From NCBI GenBank assembly GCA_965249105.1, contig OZ252219.1, positions 633,262-697,261 of the forward strand: 64,000 nucleotides of DNA, in the 5' to 3' direction. Under the pieces are notes generated by a model. That model did no database searches, was not told the DNA's origin, and saw nothing but the letters and a program-made list of their open reading frames with translations. The position numbers and the translations under genes are program-made. The stretch is from Vicinamibacterales bacterium (lineage in GTDB: Bacteria > Acidobacteriota > Vicinamibacteria > Vicinamibacterales > UBA8438). Every line of letters starts with the position of its first letter. The first letter of the stretch is position 1. Shown here one piece after another: positions 51,665-63,148 of this stretch.

Positions 51665-53933
51665 GGCCCCGCTTGCGAGAGACCGTGTCGCCCTGACGGC
51701 GGAGCCAGCGTGTCATCTGACGCGAGCCGTAAAACGGCGTCTCCAAAAACTGCTCGTCAATCAACCGCATGAGGCGCAGGTTCAACGGGCTCTCGCCCGT
51801 GCCATCGTAGTAGAACGAAGACCGTGCGATCGACATCAGGCGACATTGCCGCGTGATGCTCAGCCGATCGTGTTCCGCATCGACCATCGCCACCCTCCGG
51901 CCGTGGCTCACCGACCGAAGGCCTTCGACAAAAAATCCCGCTCGATGACGAGTTCTCCAATCTTGGCCGCAGCTCCGTGATCTCGGTTTCCCGAGAGGCT
52001 TCCTGCCGCTCGTGGTTCCCCGAGAAGCCGGCCAGCACCGTCTGTCGAGCCTGCTTCTTCCAGTTGGCAATCAGGTTCGGATGCACATCGTAGCGGGCCG
52101 CCAGCTCCGCCATCGTCGCTTCCTCGCGCAGCGCCCTCCCTGCCAATATAAGCGAGACACTTTGTCCCCCAGAAATTAGTGTTCAGGGCGGGGAGATGAC
52201 GTATTGATGGAAGCAATGCGCAGCATGCTGTCAGGACAGACGATCGTGGGAGAGGCGCCCCGCAGCGGAGGGTCTCCCGCGATCGTGCGCGAGATGTCGT
52301 CAGCCCCACCCGATCCCGAGGTGACCGCCCGACACGTCTGGCGCCGGTTCACAACGGCCTACAAGCTGGCAATCCTTCGGAAGGCGGATGCTTGTACCCG
52401 CCACGGCGAGCTCGGCGCACTCCTGCGGCGGGAAGGACTCTACTCGTCCCACCTGATTACGTGGCGTCAGCAGCGTGAGGCAGGGTTGACGCCGAAAAAG
52501 CGCGGACGGAAGGCGAGGGCCGTCGATCCGCGCGTGAAGAAGCTCGAGCACGAGAATCGTCGCTTGACCTCGCGGCTGCAGAAGGCCGAAGCGCTCCTGG
52601 CATATCAAAAAAAAGTTTCCGAGCTTCTGCAGATCCCCCTGAAACCGTTCGTGAGCGACGAGGACGATTGATGATCGCGGTCAATGACGCGGCCGCGGGG
52701 ATGGGCGTCGCGCCCGCGTGTCAGGCATTGGGGCTGTCGCGGGCGACGCTCTATCGGGGACGTCGACCGGCGAGGGTCGCGCGTCCCCACCCTGCGCCGC
52801 CCCGCGCGCTGCACCCCGGCGAGCGGCAAGACATCTTGGATCTGCTCCATACGCGTTTCATCGACCAGGCGCCGGCGCACGTCCATGCCACCCTCCTCGA
52901 TGAGGGCACCTATCTGTGCTCGCCGCGGACGATGTATCGCCTCCTCGCCGCCGCGCACGAAATCAAGGAGCGGCGCGATCAGGTGCGGCGGCCGCACTAC
53001 GCCGCGCCAGAGCTCCTGGCGACGCGCCCCAACGAAGTCTGGAGCTGGGACATCACGAAGCTGCTGGGCCCGGCGAAGTGGACGTATTTCTATTTGTACG
53101 TGATCCTCGACATCTTCAGCCGCTACGTCGTCGGCTGGATGCTGGCGCCGCGCGAAAGCGCAGCGCTCGCCGAGCGGCTCATCGCCGACACCTGCGCGAA
53201 GCAGGGCATTCAAGCGGGCCAACTCACGATCCACGCGGACCGGGGCAGCGCGATGCGAAGCAAGTCGGTCGCCCTGCTTCTCGCGGATCTCGGCGTCACG
53301 AAGACGCACAGTCGCCCCCACGTCTCCAACGACAACCCGTTTTCCGAAGCCCAGTTCAAGACCTTGAAGTACTGCCCGGCGTTTCCCGAGCGCTTTGGGT
53401 CCCTGGCAGACAGCCGGGCGTTCGGTCACCACTTCTTCGGCTGGTACAACCACGACCACTATCACAGTGGCCTGGGATTCCTGACGCCCGCCGTCGTCCA
53501 CTACGGCCAGGCCGAGGTCGTGCACGCGCACCGCACGCGGGTCCTCGCGGCTGCCTACGCAGCGCACCCAGAACGATTCGTCAAGGGGACGCCCACACCG
53601 GCCGATCTGCCGCAGGCGGTGTGGATCAACCCGCCGGCGAAGAAAACAACCGCTCAGGATGCCCGAGAAACGACGAGCGGCACCCCGGTCGACCTACAGG
53701 ACCCCCTGATCTCACGGTCCGGCAACCACTCCGCCGCCACGACGATCGACCTTGGCGCGACTCTAATTACTTCGCCCTTGGTGTCTCAATGTCATTGACA
53801 GCTTCCGCGCCTCCACCGCGACCTTCGCCTTCAGCTCAGCAGGATAACTCCGTCGCTTCCGTGGCATGCCAGACTCCTTCTCCTTGGTCTGGATCCCACC
53901 TTAGCAAGCTGTCCGAATTCCGGGGTCCACCTC
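51665..53933 (-). mobile_element. Truncated IS3-family element interrupted by another IS
   Basis: orfA MPRKRRSYPAELKAKVAVEA (from 53867) continues as LREEATMAELAARYDVHPN after 52134; orfB LSITRQCRL...FYGSRQM. Confidence 0.85.
52135..53806 (+). mobile_element. IS3-like element (orfA ends 52671, orfB 52668-53798)
   Basis: Subterminal IRs TGCCAAT..GAGACAC/GTGTCTC..ATTGACA; GCGC duplication; WSWDIT, HADRG, NDNPFSE. Confidence 0.88.
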
Positions 53934-54019
53934 TGACAACAACTTATCCTCCGATGCGGAGGTACCGACGCTGCCCGCCAAGACACTCCCCCTGAGCCGG
54001 GGCGATGCGGTGACGGCCG

Positions 54020-54265
54020 GCTAGGCATGACCCAAGTTTTAATCCGGGATATTCCGGGATAATCCGGGATGACCCCGGGATGCGACTCGCGCGAGGACAA
54101 CAACTTATCCTCCGATGCGGAGGTACCGACGCTACCCGCCAAGACACTCCCCCTGAGCCGGTCAAGGAGTTTGAAGCGGGACATAGTAGGGACCCATCCA
54201 ATATTCGTCTTTTATTCGCTTGTCGACGTGCGAGACGGGTTCGCTCGAGACTGCCCCCACCGCCA
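54020..54265 (-). repeat. Iteron-bearing dispersed repeat, copy 6
   Basis: Inverted relative to copy 4; a 66-bp part is duplicated at 53935-54000. Confidence 0.9.
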
Positions 54266-54694
54266 CCCCGTCCTGCCGATGCTCGCACTTCGGGATCGCT
54301 CGAGGCTTGCCCTCGATTTCCTCGTTGGATTCAGGCGATTTCAGCGGTTACGGGCGCGGTGCCGGGGAGCTGAGTCGCGCCTGGGGCAAGGTGGCGGCCG
54401 GTGGCCGCGTGATCGTCTCGTGAGCCAGGTTCGGTGGTCCGGGGTTTTGAGAGAGCCATGTACGACTGACTCCTGTCAGTCGTCGGGTCCGCGGAGCGTC
54501 GGATTCCGGGATGGAGCCCGGCAAGTCCCGGAATATGCCGCTTCAAGAACTTCTCGCGGCGCGGCGGCCGAGCCCACGTCACAGAAACTGACCATGACGC
54601 GCGGCGCGCGTGGACCTGCACCGGCAGGTGCAACGTGGCGTCCCGGCGCTGGACTCGGCGTCAGTCGTTGAGCCCACAGAGCGTCGGATACCGG

Positions 54695-54900
54695 GATGGA
54701 TCCTTGCCACCGCCCACAAGCTGGTGCGCGTGATCCACGCCGTGCTGCACGACCGACCGTACACCGACCCGGGCATCGACGACGAACGCCTCGTCGTCGA
54801 GCGCAACGCGCCACGCTGGATCCGCCGCTCCGCGCCGTCGCGGCGGACGCGCGGCCGCCGGATCGCGACCTTCCGCCCACCCAGCACCACCTGACTGGGG
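54695..54900. pseudogene. IS110-like (+) and IS256-like (-) transposase scraps
   Basis: ATAHKLVRVIHAVLHDRPYTDPGID; VVLGGRKVAIRRPRVR. Confidence 0.55.
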
Positions 54901-54953
54901 GCCATCGACGACTGCATCGTCGGTGACGTTGTAGAGCCGCACCCGGCCCACCG

Positions 54954-55068
54954 ACCCCCGCTGGGGCCGCCGCGTCCCCGTACGTCGTTGCGACCGCGAG
55001 AGTCGCATCCCGGGGTCATCCCGGATGATCCCGGCTTATCCCGGATTAAAACTTGGGTCATGCCTAGC
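54954..55068 (+). repeat. Iteron-bearing dispersed repeat, copy 7
   Basis: Ends TAAAACTTGGGTCATGCCTAGC, the exact inverse of the copy 6 terminus. Confidence 0.9.
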
Positions 55069-55084
55069 TGAGCGGGTGGTTGTG

Positions 55085-55852
55085 TTCGTCAAGTTCATGC
55101 TCGACGGCTCGCCTCAGGGACGCACCGCATGGGTCACCGAGCCGTATTACGAAGGCCCGCCTGGAGCGGCAACCGACTATCGCGCATACGGCACGATGGA
55201 CCCCGACCTATATAAGGCTGGCGTCGCCGCGCTTATCGAGCGCGGGGTGCCGTTCCTCGCCCACGCCAACGGCGATGCGGCGATGGACCTCATGCTGGAC
55301 GGGGTCGAGGAGGCGAGCCGGGACATGGACGAGGCGCCGGACCACCGGTCGGTGATCATCCATGCTCAGCTCATGCGCGCCGACCAACTAGACCGCGCGG
55401 CGCGACTTGGCGTCGTGCCGTCGTTTTTCTCGGCGCACACGTTCTTCTGGGGTGACTGGCACGAGCGGAGTTTTGGCGAGGATCGAGGCACCAACATCAG
55501 CCCGGTACGCTGGGCCATCGATCGCGGCGTCAACTTCACGATACACAACGACGCACCGGTCGTCCCTCCCGACATCATGCGGTTGATCTCGATCACCGTG
55601 AACCGGAGGGGCCGCAGTGGCCGCGTACACGGACCTTATCAGCGGGCCACCGTCCAAGAGGCGTTGCACGCCGTCACACTCGGGGCGGCGTACCAATACT
55701 TCGAGGAAGACACCAAAGGCTCGATCACCGTCGGAAAACAGGCCGACCTGGTGATCCTCGGACAGAACCCGCTAACGACAGATCCGGCCGAGCTCGAACA
55801 CATCCGGATCCTTGAGACGTTCTCCCGGGGCAGATCGGTCTACCAGAATTGA
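55085..55852 (+). pseudogene. Amidohydrolase (YtcJ-like) C-terminal fragment
   Basis: VKFMLDGSPQGRTA, HANGD, IIHAQ, HNDAPV, KGSITVGKQADLVIL; 5' half replaced by repeat copy 7. Confidence 0.85.
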
Positions 55853-55865
55853 GCGGGGGTCCGCG

Positions 55866-58760
55866 CTAGAAGGACGACTGCAGGCCGAAGGTCAGCAGGC
55901 GGCCCTGCTCGACCCCCAGGATCCGGAGGAAGTCCGAACTCTTGACTCCCCCGCCCCCGTAGTTCCGATTCCGACTAGCCACCCGGGTCTGATTGAACAG
56001 GTTGGACGCGTCCATGTAGACCCGCGTCCGAACATTGCCAACCGTGGTCACCTTCGAGAATCGAATGTCAAGTTGGGTTCTGTAGGGGTCGAACTCGGTG
56101 TTCGGCTCGATCAGATTGTAGGAGAGGCTCGGGGGGACGCCTTCCCCCAGGTAGAGGCCGGGGAAGTCCGCGTCGGTGACGACATAGGTGGCGGCGATGA
56201 CATTCCCGGCCAAGATCTGGAAGTTGCCGGAGATCATCGTGTCCCACGGCAACGGCAGCGCCCCCGACAGCTTGGCCATCGGCCGGAACGGCGACGTCGT
56301 ATCGCAGTTCACGAGATTGTTGGGGCTGTCGTCGGCTGACTGGCAGAAGTGGTTCCTGGACTTACCACCCGTGAAGCTCGCGGTCATGAAGCCGCCGCGC
56401 GGGAGCTCGCCGTCGAGAATCACCTCGAACCCGTTCCACGACCGCCAGTCGTCCGGTGCCCCCTGCATGAGGGAATCGCCCCCTTCGATCACGAAGCCGT
56501 CGTTGACGTTGTAGATATCAATCGTGCGGGCGTTGGCGCTGTCCGGCAGGTCGGAGTCCGTCGGTCCGGTAAACGTCCCGGCGAAATAGTAGTCGTCGGC
56601 GGAGATATTGAGGTTCTCGGTCCACCGGAAGTCACCGTATTTCCGGTAGTGCCACATCCCGCTGATTGCCCACCCTGGACCCAGCTGGCGCTCGATGCCC
56701 GCGGCGTACTCCACGTTCGTGCCACGCGGCGTGTCTTCATCGTATTGAGTGGTAACGGTCCCAGTCCCAAAGTCCGGGTTGAACGACGCCCCAATCTCGT
56801 CGAACTGCGGCGTCCCGTCGAGGTGGAGTGCCGTGTTGTCCCCGTTGATGTCGTACCAAGGCCGCCAGTCGAGTGAATAGGGATCGATCGGGCTGAACCC
56901 GGAGGTGACGCCGGTCCCCATGTTCTCCACGTACTTCCCGGCGGAGAACTTCGCGGCCGTCGAGCCATCACCGAACAGGTCGTAGGCGACTCCGAACCGG
57001 ACCGTCCCATCCTTCCAATTCGGAACGTCCTCGACAGTAGGGTCGGCGAGCCTGACCTCAGGCGCGAAGAAACCGGCGGCCCGCGTTCCCCCTGGAACCG
57101 AACCGTTGTGCCAGTCGAAGCGGACACCCCCGTTTACGGTCAGCCGGTCCATCGTCCAGGCGTCCTGCGCGTAGATACCGCAGTCGCAGTTCATGTTGAT
57201 GACGGCAGGGTCCTGACCGTTGGCCGTCACCAACACCGCGAGCGGGAAGCCGTTGAAGAAGGAGCCGGAGAAGATCCCCCCCGGCGCGGTGTATTGAAGA
57301 TGCGTGTAGTTGTTCGCGAAGTTCAAACCGGTCTTGAAGTTGTGCGAGCCGGTCACATAGGACAACGCGAGGTTCGCGCGGCGGTGGTGGTCTTGGTTGT
57401 GGTGGTTCTGGAAGCTGCTGTGGTAGGCCGCGCCCGTGATGTTGTCAGTCTTGGCCATCCGCAACTCGCCACCATGGTCCATCGGACCAGTGTGAACGTC
57501 GGCTCGCTGATACGCCACGTCCGCCTCGACGAGCACCCGGTTGGTGAGCGGTGCCGTCCAGCGGGCGTTGGCCAAATACGTGGGGTTCCCCTCAAACCAG
57601 AAGGCCGCCTCCGCGCCCACCCCGCCAACAAGGTTGGCGTCCATATTCCGGTCGCTCGCCGCCGTCTGTCTCATGTAGTTGTAGGTCAGCTTGTGGCGCT
57701 GGCTGAGCTGGTGCGTGACCCGGATGGTCTGCTGGGATCCACGGCTGGGGTTGAAAACCCGAAGGTCGTCCGCGGTCACGCTATCCGGTGTCGATGGCTC
57801 GTCCAGGTCGAAGAACCTGTCAAGGATGAAGCTCTGGCTTCGCCTTTCGTACAACGAGGCGTAGAACCAGAGCTCGCCTTGCATGATCGGCCCGCCCACA
57901 GCGGGGTTGATGTTCCAGCTATATTGCGTCGGGGCAAACCGAAAGCCCTGTACCTTCAGGTCATCACTGATGTTGTCGGAGGCGAACGTGTCGGCGGTGC
58001 CCCTAGCGAAGATGTCGAAACTGAATGTGCTGCCGCCGGCCTTGGAAATGACATTCGTCCGGACCCCGCTCTGGGCGAACTCCGCATTCTGCGAGGAGGT
58101 GTCGAACACGACCTCGGTGACGATCGCTTCATTCGTCACCGCCCCGCCGACGCCGGCGCCCCACTCGTTCCGTCCTTGGAGCTGGGTCCCGGTCCTGACG
58201 CCGTCAATAGCCGGCTGGCCATCCAGGGGGTCAGACCCGTGAACGCTCGGTAGGTTCGCGTTGCCACCGCCGAGGGTCGCCCCAGGCACATACGCCGCAG
58301 ACGTCATGATGCCCGCCGCGCCCGGCAGGACGTTGACTCGCTCGGCGGTCAGCACCGACTGTTGCCGGGTGCTCTTGACGTCGACCAGCGGAGCCTCACC
58401 GATCACCGTCACCGTCTCCTCAGAGGCGCCCACGGTCATCTTCGCGTCGACTTCCGCCACGAATGCGCCCCGCACCTCGATGCCCTCGTGCACCAGCGCG
58501 CCGAAGCCCTCGAGCGTGAAGGTCACCGAGTAGGTGCCCGATGGCAAGTTGGTGACGCTGTAGTTCCCCGCGAAGTCGGTGACCGCTGTTCGGGGAGCGA
58601 GAAGCGAGGGGCCTCGCGCTTCGACTGCCACACCAGGCAGGACACCCCCAGTTTCGTCCTGGACGCGACCGGCGATGCTGGCCTCGTCTTGCGCCGAGGC
58701 CGGGAACGGCACCAGCGCGAGGCTGCTCAGGAAGAGAACATTCCCGATGAACTCACGCAT
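55866..58760 (-). CDS. TonB-dependent receptor (Oar-like)
   Basis: SIAGRVQDETGGVLPGV; RFGVAYDLFGDG; terminal Phe. Confidence 0.92.
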   Translation of the reverse strand: MREFIGNVLFLSSLALVPFPASAQDEASIAGRVQDETGGVLPGVAVEARGPSLLAPRTAVTDFAGNYSVTNLPSGTYSVTFTLEGFGALVHEGIEVRGAFVAEVDAKMTVGASEETVTVIGEAPLVDVKSTRQQSVLTAERVNVLPGAAGIMTSAAYVPGATLGGGNANLPSVHGSDPLDGQPAIDGVRTGTQLQGRNEWGAGVGGAVTNEAIVTEVVFDTSSQNAEFAQSGVRTNVISKAGGSTFSFDIFARGTADTFASDNISDDLKVQGFRFAPTQYSWNINPAVGGPIMQGELWFYASLYERRSQSFILDRFFDLDEPSTPDSVTADDLRVFNPSRGSQQTIRVTHQLSQRHKLTYNYMRQTAASDRNMDANLVGGVGAEAAFWFEGNPTYLANARWTAPLTNRVLVEADVAYQRADVHTGPMDHGGELRMAKTDNITGAAYHSSFQNHHNQDHHRRANLALSYVTGSHNFKTGLNFANNYTHLQYTAPGGIFSGSFFNGFPLAVLVTANGQDPAVINMNCDCGIYAQDAWTMDRLTVNGGVRFDWHNGSVPGGTRAAGFFAPEVRLADPTVEDVPNWKDGTVRFGVAYDLFGDGSTAAKFSAGKYVENMGTGVTSGFSPIDPYSLDWRPWYDINGDNTALHLDGTPQFDEIGASFNPDFGTGTVTTQYDEDTPRGTNVEYAAGIERQLGPGWAISGMWHYRKYGDFRWTENLNISADDYYFAGTFTGPTDSDLPDSANARTIDIYNVNDGFVIEGGDSLMQGAPDDWRSWNGFEVILDGELPRGGFMTASFTGGKSRNHFCQSADDSPNNLVNCDTTSPFRPMAKLSGALPLPWDTMISGNFQILAGNVIAATYVVTDADFPGLYLGEGVPPSLSYNLIEPNTEFDPYRTQLDIRFSKVTTVGNVRTRVYMDASNLFNQTRVASRNRNYGGGGVKSSDFLRILGVEQGRLLTFGLQSSF

Positions 58761-58824
58761 TCAATTCTCCGAGCTAGAGGCCCATCCGGTGCGATTATGC
58801 TACTTTTCGTCGAGGAGGTTGTTG

Positions 58825-60291
58825 ATGTCACATCAAGACCCGGCCATCGCCCATCTACTGCGGCGAGCCGGCTTCGGTCTCTCCGCCGCTGATGCCGACG
58901 TCTGGAATGAGCTCGGCTTTGCGGGCGCCGTGGCTCGACTCGTCGACTACGAGTCCGTTACCGACGATGTTGATGACCACATCGGCTCGAGCGGGTACCT
59001 CGGGACGACATCGCGCGGTCCCTTCGAGCCGAACCGCCGGATCTTCGACGCCCGACAACGTTGGCTGTTTCGCCTCGTGCACACACAGCGGCCACTTCAG
59101 GAGAAGATGGCACTGTTCTGGCACAATTACTTCGCGACCGGCTTCGGCAAGATCGCCGGTCAGCTAGGCCCGACGGCAGCCTCCCGCGCGCTGGCAGAAA
59201 GATCACCCCCCGACTTTCCCAGTGGTCCGCGGGGCCAGATCGAGCTCTTCCGCGATCGTGCGCTCGGCAACTTCGAGGTGCTCTTGCGTGCGGTGTCAAT
59301 GGATGCCGCCATGGTGGCCTGGCTTGACGGCGACACGAATACGAAGGAGAAGCCTCAGGAGAACTACGCCCGCGAGCTGATGGAGCTGTTCACGATGGGC
59401 GTGGACGAGTTCACTGAGTCAGATGTCCACGAGGGCGCGCGGGTGTTCACGGGTTGGAATCTCCGCATCGTCGGATACGACCCAGAGAATCTGGAAGAGT
59501 TTTACGCAGCGTTCTTCTACAACCAGACGCAGCACGATATTGAGCCCAAGACGTTCAGTTTTCCGATCTACCCCGGTGGCGGCCGGACCCTTCCGAGTCG
59601 CCCGGCGCTGATGGGGATGCAGGATGGCTATGATTTCATCGGTGCCCTCGTCCGCCACCCGGCAACCGGCCCCCGGATTGCGCGGAAGCTCTATGCGTTC
59701 TTCGTGAACGAATTCGATCGCCCTGACGAGGCGCTGATCCAACAGCTATCCACGACGTACTATGCCAGCAACTTCAATATGCGGGAGGTCGTCCGGCAAC
59801 TGCTGCTGTCGAGTGCGTTCCGGGACCCAGCCAACCAGTGGACGCGCTATTCATGGCCAATCGAGTTTGTCGCTCGGCTAATCCGGGAGGTCGGATGGAC
59901 CGGATTCTCAGCCGCATCCGCCATGGGCCCCCTCGCGAATATGGGCCAGACACTGTTCGAGCCGCCTGACGTCGCGGGGTGGTCGCTGGGGCCGGCCTGG
60001 TTCTCGACCGGCACGATGCTGGCCCGCATGAACTTCGCTGCCGCGCTCGCAGAGAACCAGCGCATTGCCCTCCGCAACGCCTCTCTCGGTTCAGCGACCA
60101 CCGCCGACTCGTTTCTCAATCACTTCCTCGAGCAGTTGACGCTGCCGGACCTCAGCGGCGAGGTGCGCGCCACGCTGATCCAGTATCTCAAGGCCGGTGG
60201 AGGGTGGACAGGGTCACCGTCGCAGGTCACGACCAAGTCCTCGGGTCTCGTCCATCTGCTGGGCGCGTCGTCCGAGTATCAGTTCGTGTGA
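58825..60291 (+). CDS. DUF1800-family protein
   Basis: HLLRRAGFG, LQEKMALFWHNYF, ENYARELMELFTMG, PPDVAGW; RBS GAGGAGG. Confidence 0.88.
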   Translation: MSHQDPAIAHLLRRAGFGLSAADADVWNELGFAGAVARLVDYESVTDDVDDHIGSSGYLGTTSRGPFEPNRRIFDARQRWLFRLVHTQRPLQEKMALFWHNYFATGFGKIAGQLGPTAASRALAERSPPDFPSGPRGQIELFRDRALGNFEVLLRAVSMDAAMVAWLDGDTNTKEKPQENYARELMELFTMGVDEFTESDVHEGARVFTGWNLRIVGYDPENLEEFYAAFFYNQTQHDIEPKTFSFPIYPGGGRTLPSRPALMGMQDGYDFIGALVRHPATGPRIARKLYAFFVNEFDRPDEALIQQLSTTYYASNFNMREVVRQLLLSSAFRDPANQWTRYSWPIEFVARLIREVGWTGFSAASAMGPLANMGQTLFEPPDVAGWSLGPAWFSTGTMLARMNFAAALAENQRIALRNASLGSATTADSFLNHFLEQLTLPDLSGEVRATLIQYLKAGGGWTGSPSQVTTKSSGLVHLLGASSEYQFV

Positions 60292-60311
60292 GCGTCCTGG
60301 AGGATCGAACG

Positions 60312-60439
60312 ATGGGTATGACACGACGAACATTCTTCAAGAACGGTGTGACGGCGTTCACGCTGGGCTTCGCCGCCCCTCGATTGCTGACCGATCTCGC
60401 ACTGGCCCAGAGTATGAGCGGCCGGTCGCTCGTCGTGCT
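60312..60439 (+). pseudogene. DUF1501-like gene, 5' stub truncated by an IS
   Basis: Tat-like MTRRTFFK...RSLVVL directly after the DUF1800 gene. Confidence 0.7.
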
Positions 60440-63086
60440 CGTATGGTCAAGAAACTCATGCGGCCGCCCGGTAGTAGAACTTGAGCAGCCCCCCGAGGCG
60501 CTCGCGGCATCGCACCGGGCCGGTCGTGGGGACCTCGTCCCGCGGAAAGAGCAAGAGATTGTCCTTGCCCTGGTGATTCCGCTCGCCGTGGAAGTGCCCG
60601 GTGTAGGCCCGCAGAGCCGTCCGCAACGCTGGCTCGCCGAACAGGATCAGCTTCGAGAGGCACTCGTCTTTCACCGACCGCACCCAGCGCTCCGCGTGCG
60701 GATTCAGGTTGGGGCTGCGCGGCGGCAAGCGCACTGGCGTGACGCCACCCTCCGTGATCGTGTCGTCGAACGCGGGGCAGTACTTGCCGTCGCGATCGTG
60801 AATCAGATACCGATGGTCCCCTAGGAAGCCCACGTCGGCCATCGTGAGGTTCCGTGCGACTTGGGTCATCCAGGACTCATCCGGGAAAGGTGTCAGGCCC
60901 GCGATGTGGAGTCAAGCCCATTCCTAGTTGAAACTCTCCGCGGCTCCTGATTGCTTACGCGGCTTTCTTCGTCGACGTCGTCGTGTCGATCTTCAGCTCT
61001 CGCTTCAATGCGTCACGAAGCCTGGGCAGGTGCCGGTAGCCCATCACCTTGCGCAGGCGTGGCTCGATGTCCAGGAGCGCAGTGGCCAGCCAGCGATGGC
61101 GTTGACTCGAGTTCTGCCAGTGATCGACCTTCGCACAGCGCTCCTCAATGAGCGCGTTGATGGACTCGAGGCTGTTCGTCGTCTTCAGCGACCGGCCCAG
61201 CACACCGTACACCCCGAGGCGATGCAACGTCAGGGTCTCGTCGAGGCCTTCCGCCAGACTGCCGGCCGCGGATTGGTTCCGATCCTCCAGCTCATGCTGG
61301 AGCGACTTGAGGGCGGCGAGGGCCTCGTCGTACTCCGGACGGTTGTAGGCGCGCTGGAGACGCTGCCGCCACACCGGCTGCTCACGCTTGGCCACGTAAC
61401 TCACCACGTTCTCGCGCGTGTGCCACTGACACCGTTGCACCAGGGCGCGGTGGCGGAAGGCTTTCCGCACGGCCGCCCGGAGCCCCTTGCCGCCATCCAC
61501 GATCACCAGAAGCCCCTGGGAGACATCGAGGCCCCGCTCGACCAATGACCGGAGGAACGGGGTCAACACCTTCTCGGTCTCCGTGTCCGTCTCGACGACG
61601 CCCAGGAACCGTTTGTCCCCCGTCATCGTGATGCCCAGCGCGACGACCATCGTCGCCTCGGCGAACGTCTTGCCGTCCAGCACGAGGGCCACGACGTCCT
61701 CCCCGGAGAGGTCCCGCTCCTGGAGCTCGCGGAGTTTCGTCGCGCTGGCCTGAATGAACGCGCGGGACACCGTCGACCCCGATAGGCCGATCGCCCTGGG
61801 AATCGCCTCGGCGGCCGCCGCGTAGTTGCGGCACGAGATCCCATACAGCACGCGCCTCAGCAACAGGTCGTTGACTGCGCGATCGCCATGCAGCGCCTCG
61901 TACGACCGCAGGGGAATCTCGCGCTCCGTGACATGGCGAATCCGGGGCACGCGAATCGGCACGCGCTGGCCGGCCAACCCGACCGTCCCGGGGTTGCTGC
62001 CATGACGGCGCCCGCCGACTGACGGGGCTTTGCGGGCGTAGCGCTCGCCAGCCAGCGCGGTCACTTCCTCGTCGAGCAACTCCTCGATGTGCATCAAGCC
62101 CAGCGGAACCAACGACCGGATCAACGCCACCTTGGCATCGACCTCCAGCTCGGCGTACTCCTCGCGGTCGATGACGTCGACCGCGCCCAACGTGTGACCT
62201 TTCTTGCGCTTCCTGACCGATCGTAGGACACTGCTCATCTCGGCTCCTTTCTCTCGTGGGCTGATGTCCGTCTTCTCAAACGTCATCAAACCACAGGGTT
62301 TGGAGCCGCTTCAATTTCCAACTAAGTTTCGCTCACACTCGCGATGTGGACCCGGCGCGTCGCCACGTGCATGACAAACAAGACGTAGTAGGTCACGAGA
62401 CCGCTTACCGTCCACACCTCGGTCGTAAAGAAATCCGTCGCGGCCAGCACCTCCCGGTGGGCACGAACGAAATCCTTCCAGGTCGTGGTCTTCTTGCGCT
62501 CGGGGGCAGGCAGGATACCGTGACGTTTCAGAACATTGCCGACTGTCTGGTCGCTCACTGCGTGGCCGAGGTTGGCCAGGGCCCCGGCGATGCGGTCATA
62601 ACCCCAGTCGCGGTTGTCAGTGGCGAAGCGGACAATCAGCTGCTCAATTTCCTGACCGACTCTGGGCCGCCCCGGATAGGTTCGCCGCTCCGAGCCGTCA
62701 AACTTCTTGGCGACCAGCCGCCGGTGCCAGGCAAGGATCGTCTCGGGCCGCACGATGCTCGCCACCTGCGCGAGGGCCTGGCGGCCGAGCCGCTTACCGA
62801 TCTCGGCCAACGTCCGGCGTTCGCCGTCGCTCAGTGTCACGCGGCCGGGGAGCTGCGCCCGGAGGATGCGATTCTCCGCCACGAGATACTCGTTGCGCCG
62901 GAGGAGCTCCTCATCGACGGAGCCCGTCACGTAGGCCAGCATGGTCTTCCAGTCCATCGCCGCTCCTGATTCTGCGTTCGTCTGGAACACCCATCAGTAT
63001 CCACAGTACCGACTGGCCGACCCAACCCCGGTCAGCGGACTCCGAAACTGCTCGCGGACGGCAGGTTCGGATTTCTTGACCCTACG
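60440..63086 (-). mobile_element. Unclassified rve-transposase IS (same family as 36488-37722) split by an IS256 copy
   Basis: IRs CGTA(T/G)GGTCAAGAAA; N-half within 62341-62990, C-half 60456-60908. Confidence 0.88.
60909..62340 (-). mobile_element. IS256-family element; transposase identical to that of 38013-39444
   Basis: Same 444-aa translation; 8-bp TSD GCGATGTG. Confidence 0.95.
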
Positions 63087-63148
63087 ACGTCGCGTCCGAG
63101 GGCGACCGGTACCTCTTCACGCTCGCGGATGAGGTATGGTGCTGTACG

